A stretch of 64,000 nt of DNA, taken from assembly GCA_964510385.1 (NCBI GenBank), contig CAZECA010000001.1:17340-81339 (forward strand), read 5' to 3'. The DNA is from an uncultured bacterium. GTDB taxonomy: Bacteria > Fidelibacterota > Marinisomatia > Marinisomatales > TCS55. Numbering within the stretch: the stretch's first letter is position 1; every line of letters starts with the position of its first letter. The notes under the pieces are model-generated. The model was not told where the DNA came from. It searched no databases and saw nothing but the letters and a program-made list of their open reading frames with translations. This document shows, in pieces, positions 1 to 10,277 of the stretch. Position numbers and translations under genes: made by a program.

Positions 1-14
1 AAATCAAATCAGGA

Positions 15-971
15 CTATAATCCCAAGTAAAGCATAGTTCGTATTGTTAATCCTTTTAGAGATGATTCAGGTGAATCTGCAATTTGCCTTCTGTCGTTCA
101 AATACCATTTACCTGGACCGATTGTCCCTTGGTTATATCCCAGGCTCAATCTAAGACCCACTCGATCCATGATCTGCCACTTTACTGAAACATAGGGCTG
201 AAAGTTAAAGAATGTCCCACTAAGGTCAGTCATCCCTCCATACCCATTAACGGTTGCAAGGGTCGCCCCCTGAAGGGTAGCGATCACAGAATCTGCCTGA
301 GAACTAGTATAAGAGGAATCTACGCTGTAATACAAGTTGCCGCCCAAAACGGTTCCATAGGAATTCTGAAACATATTATTCCATTGAGCCTCACCAGTGT
401 GTTGGTCTATGCTAACATTGACTCGTCCAATTCCCATTAGTGCTCCGCCAGAGACTTCTAGGTCACGGAATACAGGAACCACATATTCCAGCATCATGGC
501 TCCCAGAGTAAAAGAAAACTTGGCATTAACCGTTGGTCGGAAACTGCCTTCATATAGAACGATTTTATCCCCAGTATTGTCCAAAGGGGAGGCTGGAATT
601 TGAATCCCCAAAGAATCATTGGACTCTTGGTAAAAATACACATCCATAATATTGCTGATTGTAGACGACCCGATTCCAGCGTAACCGCCCAATCTCCATC
701 TTCCTGCAATATGGGTAAAGCCTTCACCGCCGTGCACAATGAACGGATCTTCAAAATTCTTTGGATCTAAGCCCAGGGCAGACATTTGTGCTGTCCCTGG
801 AATAGAATCGAGCGTCATATACATTGGGCTATACCCAATGCCGCCCCCATAGTAATCCTGGATGGGATAGAGATCACTTTGTGCATTCAAAAGCCATGGA
901 ATGGCCTGTATGATGAAAAACGCCTTTTTTAGCACAGTTTTCCTGTGGATTCTTTTTCGTTCATTGATCAA
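15..971 (-). CDS. Secreted hypothetical protein, probable outer-membrane beta-barrel
   Basis: 318-aa ORF with a signal-peptide-like start (a GTG at 935 would give MLKKAFFIIQAIPWLLNAQ), Gly/aromatic amphipathic strands (RWRLGGYAGIG, DLEVSGGALMGIG, QPYVSVKWQ, GLRLSLGY) and a terminal strand TIRTMLYLGL. Confidence 0.6.
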   Translation of the reverse strand: MINERKRIHRKTVLKKAFFIIQAIPWLLNAQSDLYPIQDYYGGGIGYSPMYMTLDSIPGTAQMSALGLDPKNFEDPFIVHGGEGFTHIAGRWRLGGYAGIGSSTISNIMDVYFYQESNDSLGIQIPASPLDNTGDKIVLYEGSFRPTVNAKFSFTLGAMMLEYVVPVFRDLEVSGGALMGIGRVNVSIDQHTGEAQWNNMFQNSYGTVLGGNLYYSVDSSYTSSQADSVIATLQGATLATVNGYGGMTDLSGTFFNFQPYVSVKWQIMDRVGLRLSLGYNQGTIGPGKWYLNDRRQIADSPESSLKGLTIRTMLYLGL

Positions 972-1123
972 TTTATGTGTTCAAAGCTCAATTTAGGAAA
1001 GGAAATTTAGACAATTCTATAAGTAAATAAGGCCCTTTTCCTTGGTTTTTTCGAGAGGGGTTATCTATATTCTAATTCAGATGAGGTAAGGGAACATCAC
1101 AAATAAAGGCAATACTGTTTGCC

Positions 1124-3214
1124 GTGAAATTTCCTGTACAGAAACAGAAATTTGAGTTTATGAAAAACGGTCAATTAAAAAACCCGGCCAATTTACTATT
1201 TGTACTACTGATAATTTTAATAAGTACTGATATTAAAGCAATGAATATCAGCGGTCCTTTTGATATTAACAAAAATACACTGAATGAAATTCTATTGTTT
1301 GATAAAGAGAAAATTGAATTTTTTGAAATAGGTAATGATGGTTCTCATAAACTCCTTTGGCAATTTAACGCTGATGGGAGTTTGATAAAAGATGCGATGG
1401 TCTATGACCTGGAAGACGATGGCTCCTATGAACTTATTTTATTTACTGACCCCATTCCCGGAAATCGAAAAAAGGGAAATACTTGGATTCAGATCTTTAC
1501 CTGGTCTGGATCTACGTTTGTTGATGCTCCCCTTACTTTGGATAATGGCGACCTGTACCATGTAAACAATGGCGACGTAGATTCCTTTTCCGGGATTCTA
1601 TCTGCTGCAGTTGGCACACCATTTCGGGCTGCAGTTTTACTACAAACCCACCTTGCAGGTGACTCACTGGAGGGCATCACAGTTCATATCGAACTTCCTG
1701 ATCAATTGCAAAATGGATACGGACCTGTGTTTGCTAATTTTATTAATGTTTCTGGTGAGCCGCATTTAACGATTTTCAGTCCGGAAAACGACCAACTCAA
1801 AGCGGTAGTTTTCGGAGCACAGAAGGAACTAGCGCTGTTAGATGAAAAAATCTTTCCTTTAGATGGCGCCAAGCATCTGATAGGATCTGCGGTACAAAAA
1901 ACAGATTTGAATAATGATAACATTGAAGAACTGCATCTCCCTTTTTTCAGCGGAGAAGTAAAAACATTGTCATTTATTGATAGCACCCTGACCCTCACTG
2001 AAAGCGTTATTAATGATTTATCTATCTTTGTTGTTCCTGACACGGCTACAGAAATCACGATCAATGCATTGGTAGATGCTAGAATAGCTGCTGGATTGTA
2101 TGACGTTGAGCACGAGACTGCATTGGAAATTATACCAGATGATACACTTCTACTCGGAGATACATTAATTTTTCAAGCCGCCATGGATACTACTTCTGGT
2201 TTTTATAGTTTTCATTGGCTTTCTCCACCGCCAGACAGCGCGAATTTTGATCCAAGCACCGGCCTGATAACATGGATGCCGCGGAGGAAAGACTTGGGAT
2301 TTTATGAATTTAAATTTTTTGCTGAACAGAGGTTAAAAGAGGAACTGGTTTCTGATGTGGATGAACTTGGGGACAGGCATCGAATTATACCGGTAATTGA
2401 AGAAGAGGAGAGGTCTTTTGTGGTCATAGTCATGGACACGATATCTCCGCCAATCATTTATGTTTCCCCTCCCTACGAACCCTATTTAGTATCCGCTCAC
2501 ACTCTTTCAAAAGAGAAAGGCAAGGATCGATTTATATTTGATGGAGAACCATCATTTCATATGACAGTAGATGCGCTTCCCATTCCTAAATATCCTTCCA
2601 CATCTCATTCTATGGCTATCAATCTTGGTTATGTGGATTCTGATAAATTTGCAAAATTTTCTTATGTCTCGAAACCTGACAGCGGTACAGTACTCTCCAC
2701 AATGACTCTGACACATAACCTGGCTATCAATCAATTTATTGCATCCGTAGAACCATACTTAGATTCCACATCTGCAGAACTAAACCCCTCAAATTGGCGC
2801 AATGAACTGGCCCACTATCCATCCTATAAATTTAATGGATTCCCCGAGTCCCTGCGATTAGGGGAAGATGAAAGCGGTATTACATTGTTTCAAAGTCAAG
2901 AAGTGCTGAAAACCAAAAAGAATTCATATATTTCGGTACAGACACCATTATCTGATAACAGGCACATGATATCTATTGCAGGAAAAGCTATTGACTTATG
3001 GAATATGACAGGAGTCGTAATGGTGGATAGTGCAGGGAATAAATCTGTGACCACGACAATTACATTTTCTGGAGATTTAGATATCTATGATATAAAAAGT
3101 GAAATGTTTACTGATGCAGAACTAGCAGAACGCATGAAAGAACTTCAGCATAAACGTTTGGAATTTTTGGGCGTTGACAGTGTTGCAGTGGGCTCCGATA
3201 GGGGCATGGAATGA
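1124..3214 (+). CDS. Secreted protein with FG-GAP-like Ca-binding motif and putative Ig (He_PIG/cadherin-like) domain
   Basis: 696 aa; hydrophobic signal (NLLFVLLIILISTDIKA); DLEDDGSYE and DLNNDNIEE motifs; Ig-like PPPDSANFDPSTGLITWMP. Start could be ATG 1160. Confidence 0.6.
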   Translation: MKFPVQKQKFEFMKNGQLKNPANLLFVLLIILISTDIKAMNISGPFDINKNTLNEILLFDKEKIEFFEIGNDGSHKLLWQFNADGSLIKDAMVYDLEDDGSYELILFTDPIPGNRKKGNTWIQIFTWSGSTFVDAPLTLDNGDLYHVNNGDVDSFSGILSAAVGTPFRAAVLLQTHLAGDSLEGITVHIELPDQLQNGYGPVFANFINVSGEPHLTIFSPENDQLKAVVFGAQKELALLDEKIFPLDGAKHLIGSAVQKTDLNNDNIEELHLPFFSGEVKTLSFIDSTLTLTESVINDLSIFVVPDTATEITINALVDARIAAGLYDVEHETALEIIPDDTLLLGDTLIFQAAMDTTSGFYSFHWLSPPPDSANFDPSTGLITWMPRRKDLGFYEFKFFAEQRLKEELVSDVDELGDRHRIIPVIEEEERSFVVIVMDTISPPIIYVSPPYEPYLVSAHTLSKEKGKDRFIFDGEPSFHMTVDALPIPKYPSTSHSMAINLGYVDSDKFAKFSYVSKPDSGTVLSTMTLTHNLAINQFIASVEPYLDSTSAELNPSNWRNELAHYPSYKFNGFPESLRLGEDESGITLFQSQEVLKTKKNSYISVQTPLSDNRHMISIAGKAIDLWNMTGVVMVDSAGNKSVTTTITFSGDLDIYDIKSEMFTDAELAERMKELQHKRLEFLGVDSVAVGSDRGME

Positions 3215-6200
3215 TGCGCCACTCTATTTTCATTCTGGGACTTGTATCCAGTGTTGTCTTTGGGAAAGATCTCCAGGTAATTCACATGGAAGGAACCTAC
3301 GACCTCGATAATGACGGGCTCGTGGAGTTTGCTGCTGTTGAGGTTGGCCGGGACAATGGCCATTCGGTCTCCATGATCCGCTATTATGAGATCGATGGTG
3401 ATGGTTACCAGCAGCTTAATTGGGAGCTGGCGGCTCCAGATGGATTATTAGGTAATTTTGTAAATTTGAAACTGGGTGACCTGGACGGGAATGGAGAGCC
3501 GGAGCTGGTTACCGTTATGAATCTCACAGATGAAAATGAAGAACGTATCCTACATCCGATTGTTTACTATTATCCATGGGATGGTGAAGGTTTTAGCGAG
3601 ACCCCTGCCAGCACATTGAACCTGTCTGAGCGAAATACATTTTTACGTTGCCACAACTTTGAATTGATTGATCAGGACGGTGATAATGATCAGGAGCTGG
3701 TGGTCTCTCTTGGTAGCCCTGTACGAGGTCTGGCCATTGTAGATGTTAATGAAAGTGGAGAGCTGGAGATAACATCAAAACTTGAGCCAGAGTCCATGCG
3801 CTTCGGATCTGGCTTTGTTTATGCGGGTGCCGTTGACTGGGATATGGATGGTCTAGATGATATCATCAGTTTCAGCCCCGAAGGTAATGTGCTGAAAGCA
3901 CAGCCCTATAGAAATGTGAACGGTGACTATGTGGAAGGAGAAGCTGCCCAGATTACCGTGCCCGGAATGAATGGGTTTATTAACCGATCCGTAGCAGAAA
4001 CAGATTGGGACGCCGATGGCTTTGTAGATGTAATCGCCCCTTTTCAAAGCGGCCACCTCATTGCCCTGACGTTATCAGAGGCTGGAGTAGCCATTGAAAG
4101 TATTCCCAATGAAGCCGGCCCGCTTTCCGATATGCAGATCTCTGATCTGGACCAAGATGGCTATAAGGATCTATTGCTTATATCAGGCGAAATGAATATG
4201 ATGACCGTTTCATTTGGGGCCGAAAGACCGGTAGAAAAAAGTGAAAGCTATTTCACCTTGACGATGGACACTGTGGATATTCAGGTGTTTTCTGCAATAC
4301 CAATCGTATCCAATGGTCAGTACACAGGAACTACCATCGCTGCTGGCTGGGACGGAGTTGAAACCTCAGTTTTTCTTACCGACCTTGGGCTGCCACCACC
4401 AATTAATAAACCAACCGTTAACGATTCGCTGACCGACCCAGTTGACCTTCTAGATATGTTTCCAGAGATCGTTGGTGATGGCCCAATCGACCTGGGGATA
4501 AGACCCATGAAATCTATTGGGCAAGCCTTACCTAAGGGTGTTTTACCAAGGCATGTACTGCCGGTGGATCAATTATTTATTTATTCTATTCCTGAAGATG
4601 AGGCCAACCAGTTCTATAGTTTTCGATGGCTGTTGCCACCACCAAAAGGAATGTTTTTTCATTACGAAACGAGATCAATACAATGGGTTCCCAATGGAGA
4701 ACAGCTTGGGGCATATAAGCTGGCTTACCATGTGGAAATGAAAGTAGGAGAAGATGTGGAGCTTGAATCAGAATCAGAAGACTCTCTGCTGACCTATAAG
4801 GTTATTCCCCATCTGGAAGGCTACGATGAACGGCTCTGGATCTATGTTAATGATACACCGGAATTCATCTCTGAACCGGAAGAAAAAGAATTTGTTGCTA
4901 AGTCACTATTTACTTATACACCCTCTGTGAGTGATTTTAATTCGGATGCGAAGATCCAATTTCTTTTGGAATCGGCCCCAGATGGAATGGAAATGGATTC
5001 CAGTGGCGCATTATACTGGCAGACGGATAGTAGCCATGTGAATATTTATGATGTGCGGATCGTGGCCACGGATGGGTTTGACAGGGCCGCCCAGGAATTC
5101 AAGCTGTTTGCCCGCGCTGGAGTAAAGATCCTATCTGAACCCGATTCTATTATTCGTGTGAATGAATTATTCAAGTATCAGGTAGATGTATGGCGGCCGG
5201 ACCTTGATCAAGAGTTAACATACAAAATGCTGTACCATCCGCAAGGCATGTCTCTTTCAGAAACAGGCATGCTGGAATGGACCCCGGCTGTAACACAGGT
5301 AGATACACAGAATTTTGCTGTGGTAGTAAATCACGGCCTAGCAGCAGACACTCAAGATGTTGTATTGTATGTTAATCACCCCCCGGTTATTGACAGGGCC
5401 CCGCCTTCCATGAATAAAGTAAACCTAGGTTTTGCATGGGATTTTCAGTTGGAAGTATCCGATCCGAATGTGAATAGTGAACTAACTTTTACAGCTGTTG
5501 AAATGCCAGATGGAATGCGCATGGATCCATTTACTGGTAGACTTCGTTGGGAGCCAACCCGAAAAGAAATGGACTTTGGCCATCTAAAGATCGAGATTGA
5601 TGATGGTATTGATGTTCGGACAGTGGAGGCTGATTTCTTTATAAATGCCCCAATAAAACTTGTATCCATTCCGGTCATGAAGGCCTCTGTGGGTGAACAA
5701 TATAAATATAAGATCATGACCACAGATATGAATAGAGGGACCCTGCTTCCATATGGATATATTGTAAAGCTGGACGATATTGAAAAAGCCCGGGTTTATT
5801 CCGTTAATATAGCCGATGATGTTTACCGGGAAAATATTGATCGTTATATCGGAGATTGGAATGCAGCTGAAGTAGTCTACCAGACAGGTCAAGGAGAAAT
5901 AGACTCCGAGGAATTTACCCGACTTAATTTGAAAAGATATGTTCACTCAATTTTCTGGGAGGATGACAGGCTTATGGTTGTCATTGAAGAGAAAGATGAA
6001 CGTTCAGTAAAAATCAAGGATGTACTATGGGAGTTTTTTCAAGGCTCAAAAGGGAAACCTCCCAAGGTCATTGTAGAACGAAGGGGCATCGTCCGCTACA
6101 CCCTGGAAGAATTTCCTGACGGAATGGAGGTTGATGAGTTTACCGGAACATTGTTGTGGACTCCGGGGAAAGATCAATATGATTCGTATCCAATTAAACT

Positions 6201-6876
6201 TGTTGTGTCAGACGGATACACGAAAGATGAACAATCATTTAACCTCTATGTGAACCATCCCGCCACTATTGTTTCTCAGGCACCAAAAGCAGCTTTGGTA
6301 GAAGAAATATATAAATACCAGGTCCAGGTAGAAGATAAAAATGCTGATGCTGAACTCCGTTATGAATTGGCCAAAGGCCCACATGGGATGCAAATGTCAA
6401 ATACAGGTAAGATTGTATGGATTCCCAAAGTTTCCCAGGTGAATAAACATGAGTTTGAAGTCAGAGTATCTGATGGATACCATGAGGATGCGCAGAGAGG
6501 AAAGGTTTTTGTAAACATACCTCCTTCAATTATTTCCAAGCCAAAACCAGTTGGATTAACCGGGTATGAGTATCGTTATAATATGATCGCTGAAGATTTG
6601 AACAATGATCGGGTTACCTTTCGATCTATTCGTCTTCCCAAATATTCATCATTCAATAAAAAGACCGGACTCTTCAAGTGGCGCCCTAGAAACAACCAAA
6701 GGGGGCCTCATGATGTGATAATTACAGCCATTGATGCTCGGGGCGCTACCGCAACGCATCAATTCCAAATACATGTATTTGAAAACCCGGATGCCCGACG
6801 ATTTGTAAATACAGGATGGCCCCTCATGCTCACCTTTGTAGGTGTTATGTTCGCCTGGGGTGTGGCCCAGTTTTAA
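3211..6876 (+). CDS. Large surface protein: FG-GAP/VCBS-like beta-propeller plus tandem putative Ig domains, C-terminal membrane anchor
   Basis: 1221 aa; repeated DxDxDG motifs (DLDNDG, DLDGNG, DQDGDN, DWDMDG, DWDADG, DLDQDG); at least six PxGM...G.L.W.P Ig repeats; hydrophobic C-terminus WPLMLTFVGVMFAWGVAQF; ATGA overlap with the upstream gene. Confidence 0.8.
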   Translation: MMRHSIFILGLVSSVVFGKDLQVIHMEGTYDLDNDGLVEFAAVEVGRDNGHSVSMIRYYEIDGDGYQQLNWELAAPDGLLGNFVNLKLGDLDGNGEPELVTVMNLTDENEERILHPIVYYYPWDGEGFSETPASTLNLSERNTFLRCHNFELIDQDGDNDQELVVSLGSPVRGLAIVDVNESGELEITSKLEPESMRFGSGFVYAGAVDWDMDGLDDIISFSPEGNVLKAQPYRNVNGDYVEGEAAQITVPGMNGFINRSVAETDWDADGFVDVIAPFQSGHLIALTLSEAGVAIESIPNEAGPLSDMQISDLDQDGYKDLLLISGEMNMMTVSFGAERPVEKSESYFTLTMDTVDIQVFSAIPIVSNGQYTGTTIAAGWDGVETSVFLTDLGLPPPINKPTVNDSLTDPVDLLDMFPEIVGDGPIDLGIRPMKSIGQALPKGVLPRHVLPVDQLFIYSIPEDEANQFYSFRWLLPPPKGMFFHYETRSIQWVPNGEQLGAYKLAYHVEMKVGEDVELESESEDSLLTYKVIPHLEGYDERLWIYVNDTPEFISEPEEKEFVAKSLFTYTPSVSDFNSDAKIQFLLESAPDGMEMDSSGALYWQTDSSHVNIYDVRIVATDGFDRAAQEFKLFARAGVKILSEPDSIIRVNELFKYQVDVWRPDLDQELTYKMLYHPQGMSLSETGMLEWTPAVTQVDTQNFAVVVNHGLAADTQDVVLYVNHPPVIDRAPPSMNKVNLGFAWDFQLEVSDPNVNSELTFTAVEMPDGMRMDPFTGRLRWEPTRKEMDFGHLKIEIDDGIDVRTVEADFFINAPIKLVSIPVMKASVGEQYKYKIMTTDMNRGTLLPYGYIVKLDDIEKARVYSVNIADDVYRENIDRYIGDWNAAEVVYQTGQGEIDSEEFTRLNLKRYVHSIFWEDDRLMVVIEEKDERSVKIKDVLWEFFQGSKGKPPKVIVERRGIVRYTLEEFPDGMEVDEFTGTLLWTPGKDQYDSYPIKLVVSDGYTKDEQSFNLYVNHPATIVSQAPKAALVEEIYKYQVQVEDKNADAELRYELAKGPHGMQMSNTGKIVWIPKVSQVNKHEFEVRVSDGYHEDAQRGKVFVNIPPSIISKPKPVGLTGYEYRYNMIAEDLNNDRVTFRSIRLPKYSSFNKKTGLFKWRPRNNQRGPHDVIITAIDARGATATHQFQIHVFENPDARRFVNTGWPLMLTFVGVMFAWGVAQF

Positions 6877-7910
6877 GATAAATTAATTAAATGTAATAGA
6901 TCTCCCTTGTCTTTTTGGGATAGTACAATATCCACTTCCACAGCGAATATTGGTAATTTCTTCAGCCCCGTCATTTTGGCTAGATCCTTTTCTGTGGTAA
7001 TAATAGCTTGAGCTTCAGCCGCTAGAAAAACTTCCCGTATTGCTTCCAGATCAGAATCTGAATATTCTGCATGATCATCTTGACGGAAATGATGTACGTA
7101 ATCCAGTTTTGATTCTTCCAATATGATTTCAAAGCTGTCCGGGTCGCCCACGCCGGACACCGCGACCACAGGCCCACTGATTTCATTTAATGGTTTTCGG
7201 GATCCATCCATCCCTAAAAGACCTTTAACCGGCAGTAATTCTGTTTTGAAGGTGTTTGAACATTTATTATACACGGATCGGAACAGTTCATCATCTGGGG
7301 GTGTCAAGTTAGATTTTGTAAAGATAACAGCATCGGCTCGTTTCAAATTGCGAAGAGGCTCACGGAGCAGTCCATATGGCAAGAGTCTTGGTTTGCTATG
7401 GTTGCTGTTGATAAGAACAATATCCACATCACGGTACACACGACGATGTTGAAAGGCATCATCCAAAATGATAACATCGGGATTAAATTCGCTGCAAATG
7501 AATTGCCCTCCTCGATAACGATTTTCATCAACCACTACCGGAATATTTTCAAATTTTTTAGCCACCATATACGGTTCATCACCACTCTCTTCTAAAGATG
7601 TTTTGATTTCTTTTCCATCGCTCACAACCAGTGTGCCCTTGGACTGCCGTTTATAACCCCTACTTAAAACGGCAACAGATCGTTCCTTATTCATAAGAAT
7701 GTTCGTTAATAATATTACGAATGGTGTTTTTCCGGTACCGCCCACTGAAAGATTCCCCACGCTGATAACCCTACAAGGAAGTTTTCTAGAAACAAAGAAT
7801 CCAACATTATAAAAGAAATTCCGCCAAAAAATGAGTAGCCAGTAAAAAAACCCAAGAGGCCAGAGAAAAAGACGATATTTCTTTAATGAAAGGGGATCAA
7901 ATTCCTGCAC
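6873..7910 (-). CDS. lpxK: Tetraacyldisaccharide 4'-kinase
   Basis: VISVGNLSVGGTGKTP, LSRGY, GDEP, ILDDAFQH, LLPYGLLREP, ITTEKD motifs. Confidence 0.96.
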   Translation of the reverse strand: MQEFDPLSLKKYRLFLWPLGFFYWLLIFWRNFFYNVGFFVSRKLPCRVISVGNLSVGGTGKTPFVILLTNILMNKERSVAVLSRGYKRQSKGTLVVSDGKEIKTSLEESGDEPYMVAKKFENIPVVVDENRYRGGQFICSEFNPDVIILDDAFQHRRVYRDVDIVLINSNHSKPRLLPYGLLREPLRNLKRADAVIFTKSNLTPPDDELFRSVYNKCSNTFKTELLPVKGLLGMDGSRKPLNEISGPVVAVSGVGDPDSFEIILEESKLDYVHHFRQDDHAEYSDSDLEAIREVFLAAEAQAIITTEKDLAKMTGLKKLPIFAVEVDIVLSQKDKGDLLHLINLS

Positions 7911-8544
7911 GTTTCATGGCCTCCTGTTCCAACCTATCCAATTCCGATTTTAATTTTGCCGAGCACTCATCAAAATCATCATCTTTTGTAAAGATCAATG
8001 GTTCTCCGATTAGTAAATGAATATTTCCAAAAGGTTTTGCCACATAGAACGTATCCCAGTTTGTGGCTGCCCAATTAGCAGATACAGCACTCCCAACAGG
8101 CAGAATTGCCGCCCCTGTTCTCATGGCAGATTTGACAGCTCCCGCCTTTAATTCTTTAGCGGGGCCTTTGGGCCCATCGGGAGTAATAAATACCAAGGCA
8201 CCATTTTCATTATCTAAAGTATTTACGATCTGTTTATACGCTTCCCGTCCACCTTCCGTACTGGAACCCCGGATGGTTCTGTATCCCAGTTTTACCGCAA
8301 TACGGGAAATGATCTCTGCATCGCCATGTGTACCTGCCACGCCATAGGGTTGTTTATCCGCCACATACATATAGCCAGGCAATAGGTTCCCATGCCAAAT
8401 GGCAAAAATGATAGAACGACCTTCAGTGCGCAATTTTTCAATCTGGCCATCTCCTTCAATATACCAGCGGTTGCTCCCGTAAAGAAATTTCAAGACCCAC
8501 TTCCCGAAGAATACGCCCAGAAAAAATAAGATCTTTTTTTTCAT
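7897..8544 (-). CDS. DUF374 / lysophospholipid acyltransferase family protein
   Basis: 215 aa; FAIWHG, IRGSST.GG and ITPDGPKGP motifs; lies between lpxB and lpxK. Confidence 0.85.
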   Translation of the reverse strand: MKKKILFFLGVFFGKWVLKFLYGSNRWYIEGDGQIEKLRTEGRSIIFAIWHGNLLPGYMYVADKQPYGVAGTHGDAEIISRIAVKLGYRTIRGSSTEGGREAYKQIVNTLDNENGALVFITPDGPKGPAKELKAGAVKSAMRTGAAILPVGSAVSANWAATNWDTFYVAKPFGNIHLLIGEPLIFTKDDDFDECSAKLKSELDRLEQEAMKRAGI

Positions 8545-9695
8545 ATTTTTATCCGAGATAAAATCGCTTCTGCAGCACGTTCATATGCGCCGGGGATACC
8601 CAGGGTACGTCTCACTTCTTCGTATCCCAGGAGCATTGTTTTTCGTTTTGGGGTATCATTTAACAATGGTTGAATTGCCTGTGAAAGGTTTTCAGGTGTC
8701 ATCTCACTTTGTAAAAATTCAGGTACTACTTTTTTGCCTGCTATGAGGTTAGTCATGGCCGCATACGGAACCTGAGACAAATTTTTTGCCAAGAGCCAAC
8801 TGCCGGCTGACAACTTATAGCTGACCACAGCGGGGATATCGTGCACAGCAGATTGAAGCGTTGCTGTTCCTGAAGATGTTAAAACAGCTGTTCCATATTC
8901 CAAACAAAGGCTGGTGTCCTTTTCTTCCGTAGACCAATGTGATGGAATATTCCCCAGAACCACTTGTGGAGCCTTACCGATGATGACCTGCATTTGGCCA
9001 TCTAATAATGAAACAGCTTTCTTAAAAACAGGTAAATGATTGTCCACCTCCTGCTGTCGACTACCAGGGAAAAGGACCAGTAACGGCTTATTTTGGTCTA
9101 ATTTGTGCTTGAGGAAAAAATCAGCTTTTGTTTGAGTTGGTTGATAGAGTTCAGTAAAAGGGTGACCTACAAAATTAGTATTTACTCCGCGCTCCTCAAA
9201 CCAGGGCTGCTCAAATGGGAAAATACACAATGCCTGATCCACACAGCGTTGAATGATCTTTACACGCTTTTCTTTCCAGGCCCAGATCTGGGGAAGAATG
9301 AAATAAGTGATGGGGATTCCCAGGGGGTGAATATTTTTTGCAAGCCGCAAGTTGAAGCCGGGGTAATCAATAAGAATAAGTCTGATCGGGCGAGCTTCCC
9401 GAATCTTTCCCAGGGTCTGTCCCATAACATTCATCATATAGGGCAGATGTCTCACCACCTCCGTAAAACCTATTATTGCTAGATCATTTACATGTTCCAT
9501 GATCTCTAATCCAGCGGACTTCATTTTATTTCCCCCGTGACCAATAAAGGTAGACTCCGGGCATTTAATAGTGATCTGTTCCATGAGTTTCGCACCGTGG
9601 ATATCGCCTGACTCTTCACCTGCAACAATGAAAAACAATGGATGTTGATTTAAGGTCATGGGGATTTGCAACACATGATCACAGAATTCATTCAA
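8541..9695 (-). CDS. lpxB: Lipid-A-disaccharide synthase
   Basis: IVAGEESGDIHG, IDYPGFNLRL, PQIWAW, IFPFE, FVGHP, FPGSRQQE, SGTATL motifs. Confidence 0.96.
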   Translation of the reverse strand: MNEFCDHVLQIPMTLNQHPLFFIVAGEESGDIHGAKLMEQITIKCPESTFIGHGGNKMKSAGLEIMEHVNDLAIIGFTEVVRHLPYMMNVMGQTLGKIREARPIRLILIDYPGFNLRLAKNIHPLGIPITYFILPQIWAWKEKRVKIIQRCVDQALCIFPFEQPWFEERGVNTNFVGHPFTELYQPTQTKADFFLKHKLDQNKPLLVLFPGSRQQEVDNHLPVFKKAVSLLDGQMQVIIGKAPQVVLGNIPSHWSTEEKDTSLCLEYGTAVLTSSGTATLQSAVHDIPAVVSYKLSAGSWLLAKNLSQVPYAAMTNLIAGKKVVPEFLQSEMTPENLSQAIQPLLNDTPKRKTMLLGYEEVRRTLGIPGAYERAAEAILSRIKI

Positions 9696-9701
9696 TAAGG
9701 A

Positions 9702-10277
9702 TCAGGCAAATTGCTGACGGATTACAACTAAAAGTAATATGAGGAAAATATTCTGTAAAGTGCGTTTTTCTGTTTTCAGAGTTTTTATGAAGGTTATGGG
9801 TTGTCTGTGATCGTTGTTTGGCCAAGGCGATATCCTGGGAACTAGGCGTGGAACATTTTGTTGATATAATAAATATTCATCCCCAAATAAACCAATTAGG
9901 GTTTCTTCTTCAAGAGAAATGATAAGTGCATATTGTGTGAGGAAAAAGATCCATGTAACACCTAACATAATCCAAATATTTGGTGAGCCTGCAATGAGGA
10001 CAGCTCCAGAAAAAACGAATAGATTACCAATGTATAAAGGGTTACGCACGTGTGCAAAAGGGCCAGATGAACACAGTTTTGGAGCCCCAACTTTTGTGGT
10101 CCGTGTGACCCCTCCTGCATAGCTAACTGCCCAAAAACGGATTGTTTCGCCTAGAAATAAACATACCAAGCCATACCAAAAGTGTGGCAGAATAGGCATG
10201 GAGAAATAAATGATCATTAACGCTAAAGGAACCGGCGTATAGCTGCGGTTCTTGAAAAAGAAATTCCGAATATCCAT
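9702..10277 (-). CDS. Isoprenylcysteine carboxylmethyltransferase (ICMT/PEMT)-family membrane methyltransferase; candidate LmtA-type lipid A phosphate methyltransferase
   Basis: 191 aa membrane protein with GPFAHVRNPLYIGN and EEETL..LFGDEYLLYQQNVPRLVP motifs; directly upstream of lpxB. Confidence 0.85.
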   Translation of the reverse strand: MDIRNFFFKNRSYTPVPLALMIIYFSMPILPHFWYGLVCLFLGETIRFWAVSYAGGVTRTTKVGAPKLCSSGPFAHVRNPLYIGNLFVFSGAVLIAGSPNIWIMLGVTWIFFLTQYALIISLEEETLIGLFGDEYLLYQQNVPRLVPRISPWPNNDHRQPITFIKTLKTEKRTLQNIFLILLLVVIRQQFA

